Assembly: GCA_050122255.1 (NCBI GenBank)
Contig: JASFJF010000001.1
Coordinates: 1 to 40,170, forward strand
DNA length: 40,170 nucleotides
Direction: 5' to 3'
From: Desulfobacterales bacterium
GTDB lineage: Bacteria > Desulfobacterota > Desulfobacteria > Desulfobacterales > JAHEIW01
Within the stretch, counting starts at the first letter, position 1. Every line of letters begins with the position of its first letter. Below the pieces are notes generated by a model. The model ran no database searches and was not told where the DNA came from. It was given only the letters and a program-made list of their open reading frames with translations. The position numbers and the translations under genes were made by a program. Positions 9,931 through 18,612 of this stretch are shown in pieces.

Positions 9931-10263
9931 TTAATCTTCAATATTGCCCGTTTTTTGGTATTCCCGCTGAATGCGTTTGAGCATATTGAAGAGCTCATCT
10001 TTGGAAAAGATTCCCTTTTCGATCAATAGCTGGGCAATAGCGTCCAGCTGCATGGAATTGGCCATTAGCAGGTCCTGTATGGTTGAAATTTCACCTGTGT
10101 TACTTTCGTCTGTCGCAACAAGACGGCCTTCTTCCAATGCTTTTCTACGATCTTTGCCACTTCGCCTTTCGGGGCCATCGTGCGGCGCAATAATCCATCT
10201 GCGGTCTAATCCAGATCGCCTGTTTTTATCGTCTTCCAAACTTGGTTTTTTGGTATTGGCCAT
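9931..10263 (-). CDS. Small hypothetical protein with duplicated Arg-rich RRSGxDRR motif
   Basis: 110 aa. RRSGLDRRW and ERRSGKDRRK repeats lie in the N-terminal half and the C-terminal half is helical. AAGGA SD upstream. Its stop is 6 nt before the SLOG gene start. Confidence 0.6.
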   Translation of the reverse strand: MANTKKPSLEDDKNRRSGLDRRWIIAPHDGPERRSGKDRRKALEEGRLVATDESNTGEISTIQDLLMANSMQLDAIAQLLIEKGIFSKDELFNMLKRIQREYQKTGNIED

Positions 10264-10364
10264 AAGATGCGTTCCTTATGATGATTGAAGTTTTATATAC
10301 TAAATCGATGCACAATCAAAATGTCACGTTTAAAAACAAGATTCAGCGGTTAAAAGATGAATGC

Positions 10365-10393
10365 TATATAGTATAATTGTCGAGAGGGGTCAA
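10365..10393 (-). promoter_or_regulatory. Sigma70-like promoter for the 9931-10263 / SLOG operon
   Basis: Minus strand reads TTGACC (10393-10388), 17-nt spacer, TATATA (10370-10365). Lies just downstream of the tRNA terminator. Confidence 0.4.
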
Positions 10394-10469
10394 AGAAATA
10401 AAGCGGCTTATAGAATTTCAGAAAACCAGGATCTATTTTAGGAACTGAAAGGTTTGATGAAACCCATAA

Positions 10470-10501
10470 AAAAAGGTTTAAACCGCAGTCTAAACCTTTT
10501 T
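10470..10501 (-). terminator. Rho-independent terminator after tRNA-fMet (symmetric, could act on both strands)
   Basis: aaaaaggttta (10470-10480) and taaaccttttt (10491-10501) flank a 10-nt loop. On the minus strand the stem is followed by a T-run. Confidence 0.7.
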
Positions 10502-10507
10502 GCAGAT

Positions 10508-10584
<77 letters not shown>

Positions 10585-10590
10585 TCAAGA

Positions 10591-10617
10591 GACTATTTAG
10601 AACAAAACTAAATAGTC
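10591..10617. repeat. Perfect 10-bp palindromic hairpin between the DUF167 gene and the tRNA
   Basis: gactatttag (10591-10600), loop aacaaaa, ctaaatagtc (10608-10617). AT-rich with no U-tract, so function is unclear (weak terminator or operator). Confidence 0.5.
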
Positions 10618-10662
10618 ATTTCCGCTGGATTAGTCAAGGGCTTTCTTTGATCATTGCATGAA

Positions 10663-10980
10663 TCATCTAAATAAATGCTTAATTTGTCGTTTGAGATCAG
10701 CAATCTCTGTTGCGCTGGGTGGTGCTGCTTTGGATTTAAAGAGAATCGATTTTGTCCGGCTATTATGGCCGGCTGTGATTTCGAGGGAAGATGCTGAAAC
10801 CGAAAGGCATTTGGCCAGCAATTTAATGCACGCCTTATTGGCTGCGCCTTCAACCGGCGGCGCAGTCACCTTTACTTTAAGACAGTCGCCATGCAGACCC
10901 ACAATCAGATTGATGGACGAACGCGGTTGCACATAGACTTTAAAGAGGATGCCCCGAGGATTTTCGCGGATAGACACCAT
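10663..10980 (-). CDS. DUF167 (YggU) family protein
   Basis: ILFKVYVQPRSSINLIVGLHGDCLKVKVTAPPVEGAANKACIKLLAKCL parallels E. coli YggU ([36 protein letters not shown]). Start placed at ATG 10980. Confidence 0.8.
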   Translation of the reverse strand: MVSIRENPRGILFKVYVQPRSSINLIVGLHGDCLKVKVTAPPVEGAANKACIKLLAKCLSVSASSLEITAGHNSRTKSILFKSKAAPPSATEIADLKRQIKHLFR

Positions 10981-11016
10981 CAGTTCAAGATAATATTGCA
11001 ATGAAAATGACCGACG

Positions 11017-12492
11017 CTATGATTTGCCTTGCTGGGGTTTTTTAACCCCGGTATTTTTAATGGCGCTGATGATCCGGCTGGCAGAAATGTTTTCAGTAAC
11101 CGGAATAATTTCGACCCGTCCGCCGAAGCGCTCAACGATTTCACGCCCCTGCACCATAGCCGTCCCATAATTGCTGCCCTTCGTCAGCACCGCGGGACGC
11201 AGGGTTTGAATAAGGTCATTTAATTGGTGTGATGAAAAGACGACCACGAAGTCTACACTGTCCAAAGCGCTGATGATGCGGACGCGCTCCTCTGCTCTAA
11301 TAACCGGGCGTCCGGCACCTTTGAGCTTGCGAACCGAATCATCGTCATCAAGAGCGACAATCAGTTTATCGCCCAGCTGCTTTGAGGCAGACAATAGCAT
11401 GATGTGGCCCACATGCAGCAGGTCAAAGCATCCGTTGGTCAGGACGATGCGTTTACCGCCCTTTTGAAGCTTTTGCACAACGGCTGATAGCTCCGCCACC
11501 GTTTTTTGCTTATTCAGGGCGGGATCCGGAATCAGATTAAGGCTTGCGGCCAGTTCGGTTTGAGAAACGGTAGCGGTTCCCACCTTCCCGACCACGATAC
11601 CGGCGGCACGGTTTGCCAGTGCAACCGCCTCTTTGGTGGAATATCCGGCGGAAATTCCCAAACCAAGAACGGCCAAAACGGTATCGCCGGCACCGGATAC
11701 ATCGAAAACCTGGCGGGCCCTGGTTCCGATTCGATAGGGTTGCGAATTGCGTTCAAATAAAACCATGCCATCTTTGCCGCAGGTGACCAGGATCTTATCA
11801 ATACCGGTCTTTTTGATAAGGTTTTGTGCTGCCTCGGAAAGTGTCTGATCATCAACAACCTCAATCCCCGCGGCCAATGCCGTTTCTTTCCGGTTGGGTG
11901 TTATGATGGCTGCGCCTGCATATTTGGTAAAGTCTAAACCCTTGGGATCCACAATAAGTAGTTTGCCATGTTTACGGGCAGCGGCGCTCAGTTTTTTCAT
12001 CAGCTGCACGGTAATCAGGCCCTTGCCGTAATCTGAGATCAAGGTCAAATCCGTATCGGCTATCAATTTTACGGCAGCCTGTGAAACCTGGTGGATAATT
12101 TGTCGATCAATTGCCGTGTCCGCCTCACGGTCATATCGAAGTACATGTTGATGATTGGCTATGATACGGGTTTTACGGGTTGTCGGCCGCTGCGGGTCCT
12201 GAACGATTCCTGTGGTATCGACACCGAGTGCACTTAGCTGGTTGCGGATCAGCTGCGCATCCGGTCCCGAGCCGATCACGCCGACCGCAGAGACATGAGC
12301 CCCCAAGGCAATTAGATTGTTGATCACGTTTCCGGCGCCGCCCAGGGTATGCTCTTCGCTGCTGACCAATACCACCTGAACGGGAGCTTCCGGCGAAATG
12401 CGTTCGGCATGGCCCCACAGATATGCATCGAGCATTAAATCTCCGACCACCAGGATACGACATCCCGCCAATTTTTCGATATCAAATGTCAT
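11017..12492 (-). CDS. hldE: Bifunctional D-beta-D-heptose 7-phosphate kinase / heptose 1-phosphate adenylyltransferase
   Basis: N-terminal PfkB/ribokinase-like domain (GGAGNV..., DVSGAGDT) plus C-terminal cytidylyltransferase (TNGCFDLLHVGHI). Confidence 0.9.
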   Translation of the reverse strand: MTFDIEKLAGCRILVVGDLMLDAYLWGHAERISPEAPVQVVLVSSEEHTLGGAGNVINNLIALGAHVSAVGVIGSGPDAQLIRNQLSALGVDTTGIVQDPQRPTTRKTRIIANHQHVLRYDREADTAIDRQIIHQVSQAAVKLIADTDLTLISDYGKGLITVQLMKKLSAAARKHGKLLIVDPKGLDFTKYAGAAIITPNRKETALAAGIEVVDDQTLSEAAQNLIKKTGIDKILVTCGKDGMVLFERNSQPYRIGTRARQVFDVSGAGDTVLAVLGLGISAGYSTKEAVALANRAAGIVVGKVGTATVSQTELAASLNLIPDPALNKQKTVAELSAVVQKLQKGGKRIVLTNGCFDLLHVGHIMLLSASKQLGDKLIVALDDDDSVRKLKGAGRPVIRAEERVRIISALDSVDFVVVFSSHQLNDLIQTLRPAVLTKGSNYGTAMVQGREIVERFGGRVEIIPVTENISASRIISAIKNTGVKKPQQGKS

Positions 12493-12601
12493 TGAATCCT
12501 TCTTGCGATTTGAAGATGAATCCCTGTTATGAGTTCGTCCTGGTCGCTTAAACTTATTTTAGGTTTTTTGGTTACTTTTCTCAATAATTTCTTTGAGAAA
12601 C

Positions 12602-12629
12602 CGAGGGGGCGAATTGCTTTGCCCTCTCG
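12602..12629 (-). terminator. Candidate terminator hairpin after thrH
   Basis: cgagggggc (12602-12610) and gccctctcg (12621-12629) form 9 bp including one G-U. On the minus strand the stem is followed by GTTTCTC. Lies 33 nt after the thrH stop. Confidence 0.35.
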
Positions 12630-12661
12630 ATTTAAGCAAGTATATTTGGTTTTGAATCGGT

Positions 12662-13267
12662 CTATCGGTTTATCATATTGAGAATTTCACGCTTTAGTGC
12701 CGCAAAAGTGGTTGATACCGGGAATTGCGGGAATTCCGCTATAACATTGTCGGGCGGGCGGAATAAAATGGCCTCATTGGCGACCCTGAGCATAGTGATA
12801 TCATTATATGAATCTCCAATAGCAATAACATTATAATTTAGCTGTTGAAGCGCAATGGCCACCTTCTTTTTACCATCTTTTTGACGCAGATTATATCCGG
12901 AAATGGACCCGTTGTCGGCAACCGACAGGGTGTTGCAAAAAAGGGTCGGCCAGCCCATTTTTTCAAGCAGAGGGCCGGCGAATTCCACATAGGTGTCCGA
13001 TACGATAATAAGCTGAAGCCTATAACGAAGCCAGCTGAGAAAGTCAAGGGCACCCTCCAGCGGCTCCATTTCAGAAATGACAGCCTGAATATCTTGCAGT
13101 TTCAATCCATGCTTATCTAAAATGCTCAGTCGCTTTTTCATTAAGACGTCATAATCGGAAATATCACGCGTCGTTAGCCTGAGTTCTTCGATGCCGGTTC
13201 TTTCAGCCACATTGATCCAGATTTCCGGCGTAAAAATGCCTTCCATATCAGCGCAAACAATGTACAT
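12662..13267 (-). CDS. thrH: ThrH-type HAD phosphatase (phosphoserine phosphatase / homoserine phosphotransferase)
   Basis: Collinear with P. aeruginosa ThrH as I recall it (EGIFTPEIWINVAERTGIEELRLTTRDISDYDVLMKKRLSILDKHGLKLQDIQ...GDSYNDITML). Lies directly downstream of hom. Confidence 0.75.
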   Translation of the reverse strand: MYIVCADMEGIFTPEIWINVAERTGIEELRLTTRDISDYDVLMKKRLSILDKHGLKLQDIQAVISEMEPLEGALDFLSWLRYRLQLIIVSDTYVEFAGPLLEKMGWPTLFCNTLSVADNGSISGYNLRQKDGKKKVAIALQQLNYNVIAIGDSYNDITMLRVANEAILFRPPDNVIAEFPQFPVSTTFAALKREILNMINR

Positions 13268-13307
13268 AAGGTTCTTTCCCGCCTAAACAAAGCGTTTCAA
13301 TTAAGTC

Positions 13308-14624
13308 TTAATCTAAATTTTCATCTTCAATTCGAATCAACATAGTGGGTTGGCCGACCACATCCAAACGGTCGATTTCTGCCAATGCTTTTTGCACATC
13401 GGCCTCATTGGCCATATGACTGATCATTACGACCGGCACGGAACCGTTGGTTTTACGTCCCTTTTGCTGCATCGACTGAATGCTGATTGCGTGGCGGCCC
13501 AAAATTCCAGATATAGCCGACAGCACTCCTGGTTTGTCAAGGGCTGCAAAGCGGAAATAATAATGCGTTTCAATTTCGTCCATCGGCATGATGTTGATAT
13601 TTTGGATATGTTCTGTTTGCACGCAAAGCGCTGGAATTCGCCGCGATGTGCCGGCCATCAGATTGCGGGCCAGATCTACGGCGTCACTGATGACCGAGCT
13701 GGCGGTGGGCATCATTCCGGCGCCGCGCCCATACAGCATGATATCACCGACCGCATCACCGGACACCATGATCGCATTGACCGTGCCGTTGACGCTTGAC
13801 AACAGGTTGTCAAACGGGATCATCGTCGGGTGGACCCGGGCCTCTACTTGGTTGCCTTTGTTTTTGCTGATGGCCAGCAGTTTGATCCGATAGCCAAAAT
13901 GCGCTGCAAAGGCCACGTCCAGGGGCGTAATTTTTGAAATACCTTCAATATATACATCCGGAAAATTAATGTTCATTCCGTAGGCCAAGGCGGTTAAAAT
14001 CGCAATTTTATGGGCAGTATCGACACCATCGACATCAAGAGAAGGATCTGCTTCGGCATAACCTTTTTGCTGTGCTTCCGACAGGGCTTCTTCAAACGGC
14101 ATTCTTTCGTCGGTGATTTTCGTTAAAATATAATTGCAGGTTCCGTTTAAAATGCCGGTCATCGAATTAATCCGATTAGCAACCAATGATTCGCGCATGG
14201 ATTTAATAATCGGCATGCATCCGCCCACTGCGGCTTCAAATGCCAGATCGACACCGTTTTCTGCAGCCGCCTGAAACAGCACGTTGCCCTGACTGGCCAG
14301 GAGGGCTTTGTTGGCGGTGATGACTTGTTTGCCGTTTTCAATGGCTTTTAAAATGAGTTCCCTGGCAATTCCTTCGCCCCCGATCATTTCTACGATAATA
14401 TCAATATCGGGATCATCGACGACCATATGCGCATCGGTGGTCAGCACGCCCGGTGGAAATCGGATGCCTCTGTCTTTTTCAATGTCGATATCGGCAACCC
14501 GTTTCAGATTCAACATTGCGCCCAGTCGGTTGCTTATCACCGTGCTGCTTTCGAACAGCAGTCTGGCCACCCCGGTACCTACGGTGCCGCACCCCAGAAG
14601 GCCTACCTGGATCTCTTTCATCAC
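13308..14624 (-). CDS. hom: Homoserine dehydrogenase
   Basis: NAD-binding LGCGTVGTG, homoserine dehydrogenase catalytic domain, C-terminal ACT domain. The second codon (ATG 14621) is an equally good start, 8 nt from AAGGAG. Confidence 0.9.
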   Translation of the reverse strand: MMKEIQVGLLGCGTVGTGVARLLFESSTVISNRLGAMLNLKRVADIDIEKDRGIRFPPGVLTTDAHMVVDDPDIDIIVEMIGGEGIARELILKAIENGKQVITANKALLASQGNVLFQAAAENGVDLAFEAAVGGCMPIIKSMRESLVANRINSMTGILNGTCNYILTKITDERMPFEEALSEAQQKGYAEADPSLDVDGVDTAHKIAILTALAYGMNINFPDVYIEGISKITPLDVAFAAHFGYRIKLLAISKNKGNQVEARVHPTMIPFDNLLSSVNGTVNAIMVSGDAVGDIMLYGRGAGMMPTASSVISDAVDLARNLMAGTSRRIPALCVQTEHIQNINIMPMDEIETHYYFRFAALDKPGVLSAISGILGRHAISIQSMQQKGRKTNGSVPVVMISHMANEADVQKALAEIDRLDVVGQPTMLIRIEDENLD

Positions 14625-14720
14625 TCATTCTCCTTTTGATCATTCGATTTTGGGATTTTGAATTTGTTTCGAATTTCAAATTTACCATTCCCAAACCGCT
14701 GGCAAGAAATCCAATGAATC

Positions 14721-15890
14721 TTATGACATGATTTTGCGGATTCCTCTGATAGCCTGATTAATCCGCATGGGATTTTCAATCAGCGCAAATCGAACATAGG
14801 CATCTCCATATTCACCAAACCCCAAACCCGGTGATACCGCAACCTGCGCTTCTTCTATTAAAAATTTTGCAAATTCTACTGATCCCAATTTCAGGAATTT
14901 ATCAGGGATTTTGGCCCACACAAACATGGTGCCTTGGGGGCTTTGAATATGCCAACCGATGCGGTTGAGCCCGCTGACCAGGGCATCCCGTCTTTCCTTG
15001 TATGTGTCACGTATGTTTTCGACACAATCATAAGGCCCGTTCAGGGCAATGATCGAGGCGATCTGGATCGGCTGAAAAATGCCATAGTCAAGGTAACTTT
15101 TAATGCGGCCTAAGGCGCTTATAACTTGGGGATTGCCCACACAAAAACCAACGCGCCAGCCCGGCATACTGTAGCTTTTGGAAAGCGAGAAAAATTCAAC
15201 ACCAACGTCCTTGGCGCCTTTGGCTTGCAAAAAGCTCGGAGCCGTGTATCCGTCAAATACCAGATCGGCATAGGCAAAGTCATGAATAACCATGATGTTG
15301 TGTTCTTTGGCATAATCGACGATTTTTTGGAAAAAAGCCAGGTCAACAACTTCGGTGGTGGGGTTGTGGGGATAGCTGATGATCAGTACTTTGGGTCGTG
15401 GCCAGGTGGTTTTGGTGGCCGATAGCAAATTTTCAAAAAAATCGGCCTCAGGTCCCAGCGGTATACCCCTGACATCTCCACCGGAAATGATGGCAGAATA
15501 CGGATGGATGGGGTAGGTCGGATTGGGTGTAAAAACGACATCGCCGGGGCGAATCGTGACCAGAATCAAGTGCGACATTCCCTCCTTGACACCGATCGTA
15601 GCGATCGCCTCTGTGTTCGGGTCGATCGCAACATCGAATCTGCGTTCGTACCAGTCGGCAATGGCCATTCGCAGTTTGGTGATCCCCATTGATGCTGAAT
15701 ACCGGTGATTATGCGGTTTCTGAGCAGATTCGATCAGTTTATCAACGATATGTTGCGGGGTGCCTAAATCGGGATTCCCCATGCCCAGGTCAATAATGTC
15801 TTCGCCTGCCCGCCGGGCGTTCATTTTTATTTCATTAACGGTAGCGAATACATATGGCGGCAGGCGATCCAGTCTGGCAAAAGTAAACAT
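14721..15890 (-). CDS. Class I/II PLP-dependent aminotransferase (aspartate/alanine type)
   Basis: [11 protein letters not shown]...GMGNPD N-terminus, PHNPT, and the PLP-lysine motif [15 protein letters not shown]. Confidence 0.85.
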   Translation of the reverse strand: MFTFARLDRLPPYVFATVNEIKMNARRAGEDIIDLGMGNPDLGTPQHIVDKLIESAQKPHNHRYSASMGITKLRMAIADWYERRFDVAIDPNTEAIATIGVKEGMSHLILVTIRPGDVVFTPNPTYPIHPYSAIISGGDVRGIPLGPEADFFENLLSATKTTWPRPKVLIISYPHNPTTEVVDLAFFQKIVDYAKEHNIMVIHDFAYADLVFDGYTAPSFLQAKGAKDVGVEFFSLSKSYSMPGWRVGFCVGNPQVISALGRIKSYLDYGIFQPIQIASIIALNGPYDCVENIRDTYKERRDALVSGLNRIGWHIQSPQGTMFVWAKIPDKFLKLGSVEFAKFLIEEAQVAVSPGLGFGEYGDAYVRFALIENPMRINQAIRGIRKIMS

Positions 15891-16078
15891 GGGCGACTCC
15901 TGTTTAGCATTTGCAATGCCATATTTCGGTTGATCTATGCATTCGGGTCTTTTTACGCTGATGTTGATTTCGATCTCGACCCGAACGGTAAAAAATTGCT
16001 TTGACTTTTATGCTGGATCAGATTAAATTTCAAGGGTTTTTCGCTTTTCAGATGTCCATCTTCGCAATATTTGTTTAA

Positions 16079-16149
16079 CACGAAAACACGAAATCGGTAA
16101 AACACGAGAAAAATTAATCTCGGGCTTTCTTTTTTTTCGCGTTTTCGTG
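16079..16149. repeat. Inverted repeat in the divergent aminotransferase/purM control region
   Basis: cacgaaaacacgaaa (16079-16093) against tttcgcgttttcgtg (16135-16149) matches at 14/15 positions. An inner hairpin cgaga/tctcg (16105-16122) is followed by a T-run. ACACGA(A/G)AA occurs as a direct triplicate. Confidence 0.6.
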
Positions 16150-16231
16150 GTTAGGTTTTACGCTGTGAATGTAAGGCAATCAAGAACAGATTGTTAAAGG
16201 CCGAATCCAGCGCGATATCCAGGAGATCCCC

Positions 16232-17275
16232 ATGAAAGAATCCTTAACCTATGCCGATGCCGGTGTTGATATTGATAAGGCCAATAAACTGGTCGATGCC
16301 ATTGGTGAGATTGCAAAAGAAACCGCCCGTGTCGGTGTGATGAGCGATATTGGTGGATTTGGCGGCCTTTTTTCGCTCAATTTGGCAAATCTGGAAAGAC
16401 CGGTATTGGTCAGCTCGACCGATGGGGTTGGAACCAAGCTCAAGATCGCATTCATGCTGGATAAACACGATACGGTCGGCATTGATCTGGTGGCCATGTG
16501 CGTCAACGATATCATCGTTCAGGGCGCAAAGCCACTCTTCTTTCTCGATTATCTATCAATGGGTGAACTCGATAATCAGCGAGCGACCGATATCATTCGG
16601 GGAATTGCTCAGGGATGCCGGCTATCGCAATGTGCCCTCTTAGGGGGCGAAACCGCAGAAATGCCCGGCTTCTATCCGGCCAATGAATACGATCTGGCCG
16701 GTTTTGCAGTGGGTGTGGTGGATAACAGTAAAATCATCGACGGAACCGAAATACGGGTCGGGCATAAACTGATCGGAATTGCTTCCAGCGGTCTGCACAG
16801 CAACGGATATTCCCTGGTGCGCAAAGTGTGTTTTGAGACCCTTAACTTAAAAATTGACGAGCGCATACCGGAACTGGGAAAAAGCATTGGTGAAGAGTTA
16901 TTGACGCCCACCAAGATTTACGCAGCTACGATCGCAGCACTGATAAAGGACCTGCCGATTCATGGAATTGCGCACATCACCGGTGGCGGTATATCGGAGA
17001 ATATCGTCCGGATCGTCCCAAAGGCGTGCAGCATTTTAATTCACGACGAAAGCTGGGATGTTCCGGCCATTTTTCCCTTTTTACAAAAAGGCGGCAACAT
17101 CAATACCATCGAAATGGCGCGCGCCTTTAACATGGGCATTGGTATGATCGTTGTCGTCCCCGATTATGCTGTCCCGGATGTGATGCAACGCATCGAAGCT
17201 GTTGACGAACAAGCCTATGTCATTGGTGAAATTCTTGATTGCAGGGAAGCTGGCCGACGTCTGATATGGGATTAA
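16232..17275 (+). CDS. purM: Phosphoribosylformylglycinamidine cyclo-ligase (AIR synthetase)
   Basis: YADAGVDID, STDGVGTKLKIA, GIDLVAMCVNDIIVQGAKPLFFLDY. AGGAG SD upstream. Confidence 0.95.
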   Translation: MKESLTYADAGVDIDKANKLVDAIGEIAKETARVGVMSDIGGFGGLFSLNLANLERPVLVSSTDGVGTKLKIAFMLDKHDTVGIDLVAMCVNDIIVQGAKPLFFLDYLSMGELDNQRATDIIRGIAQGCRLSQCALLGGETAEMPGFYPANEYDLAGFAVGVVDNSKIIDGTEIRVGHKLIGIASSGLHSNGYSLVRKVCFETLNLKIDERIPELGKSIGEELLTPTKIYAATIAALIKDLPIHGIAHITGGGISENIVRIVPKACSILIHDESWDVPAIFPFLQKGGNINTIEMARAFNMGIGMIVVVPDYAVPDVMQRIEAVDEQAYVIGEILDCREAGRRLIWD

Positions 17276-17592
17276 AGCTGAGAATGACCCAAAAAACGCG
17301 AAACCAACCCCCCGCCAGACGGCTGAATTGGCTGGGCAGCATAGGCCGTATTTTTAAATGGATCGCCGAGGGGCAGTCTGCCGGTGGCGTTTGCAGAGGA
17401 TGAATCGGCGGTAAGGTGGATACTCGGAGAGTATCGAGTCGAAAGCGAAAAGTCCAAAAGTCTGTCGGGCAATAACCACCCGATACCCAATACGGCACCC
17501 GCGGCGATCAGCAGGATGGAATTGAATCGAGTCGCCTGCTTTAAAAGCCAGCAGGCCACTGTCAGAAAACCAGACCAACCCAGGCGAGCCCC

Positions 17593-18588
17593 ATGTATAT
17601 CCTCGGTATCGAAACATCCTGCGATGAGACCGCTGCTGCCATCGTGCGAGATGGAGCCGCTGTCTTATCCTCAAAGATTTCCTCGCAAATTAGCGTTCAC
17701 CATCAATACGGCGGCGTCGTTCCGGAGTTGGCTTCCAGAAAACATATTGAATCCATTGTGGCGGTCGTAGACGAAGCCATCAGCGAATCAGGCCTGAAAA
17801 AGCATCAGATTGACGCCCTGGCCGCCACCCGGGGACCGGGCCTGGTCGGTGCCTTACTGGTGGGTTTCTCTTTTGCCAAGGCTTACGCATATGCTCTGGG
17901 CGTACCGCTGGTCGGGGTCAATCATCTCGAAAGCCATATCAACTCTGTTTTTCTTGAACTGCAGCCGCCTCCGTTTCCTTTTGTTGCCTTGCTGGCATCC
18001 GGCGGACATACCGGCATTTACTATGTTACCTCACACACGCTTGTCGAATTGATGGGGCAGACCCGCGACGACGCCGCCGGGGAAGCATTTGACAAAGTCG
18101 CCAAGTTACTCGGCCTGGGATATCCGGGAGGCGGGGTTATCGACCGCTTAGCCCAGGAGGGCAACCCGGAAAAAATTGTATTTACGCGTCCCTATCTGAA
18201 CAAATCTGATTTTGATTTCAGTTTCAGCGGTATCAAGACGGCTGTCCGGCACTATGTGGCCAAGCATCCATCAGATTATACCAGCCGGATCGCTGACATA
18301 GCGGCCGGTTTTCAGGCCGCGGTTGTAGAGGTTCTGACCTATAAGCTTATCCACGCGGCTCAAATCAAGGAATGTGAGCATATTGCGGTCGTTGGTGGTG
18401 TCGCCGCCAACAGCGGCTTAAGGAACAGCGTCAGGCGGGATGCTCAAGGCCGGGGCCTGAAAGTTCACATTCCGTCTATAAAACTGTGCGGTGACAATGC
18501 CGCGATGGTCGCCGCTGCGGGGTTTCACTATTTAAAGGCGGGTATCCGCGCCCGGCTAAGCGATGATGTCTTCAGCCGTTCAAAATGA
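17593..18588 (+). CDS. tsaD: tRNA N6-adenosine threonylcarbamoyltransferase
   Basis: MYILGIETSCDETAAAIV..., HLESHI, GLGYPGG, VVGGVAAN. Canonical Kae1/TsaD family. Confidence 0.95.
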   Translation: MYILGIETSCDETAAAIVRDGAAVLSSKISSQISVHHQYGGVVPELASRKHIESIVAVVDEAISESGLKKHQIDALAATRGPGLVGALLVGFSFAKAYAYALGVPLVGVNHLESHINSVFLELQPPPFPFVALLASGGHTGIYYVTSHTLVELMGQTRDDAAGEAFDKVAKLLGLGYPGGGVIDRLAQEGNPEKIVFTRPYLNKSDFDFSFSGIKTAVRHYVAKHPSDYTSRIADIAAGFQAAVVEVLTYKLIHAAQIKECEHIAVVGGVAANSGLRNSVRRDAQGRGLKVHIPSIKLCGDNAAMVAAAGFHYLKAGIRARLSDDVFSRSK

Positions 18589-18612
18589 AATTAATCCCAG
18601 ATTTCTGAATTC

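Noticed and set aside
10349-10501. Possible plus-strand sRNA running from a perfect TATAAT (10372-10377) to the symmetric terminator at 10470-10501
   Set aside because: The -35 is poor (GTTAAA). The TATAAT overlaps the better-supported minus-strand promoter in an AT-rich palindromic stretch. Nothing else supports a transcript. RNA-seq would be needed.
17272-17674. Minus-strand ORFs filling the 317-nt purM-tsaD gap (17272-17559, 17220-17498, 17354-17674)
   Set aside because: None has an SD. The start codons are GTG or otherwise weak. They overlap purM or tsaD, and no family resemblance exists beyond one hydrophobic stretch. I could not support a call. The gap also holds a 7-bp hairpin (17534-17556) of unclear meaning.
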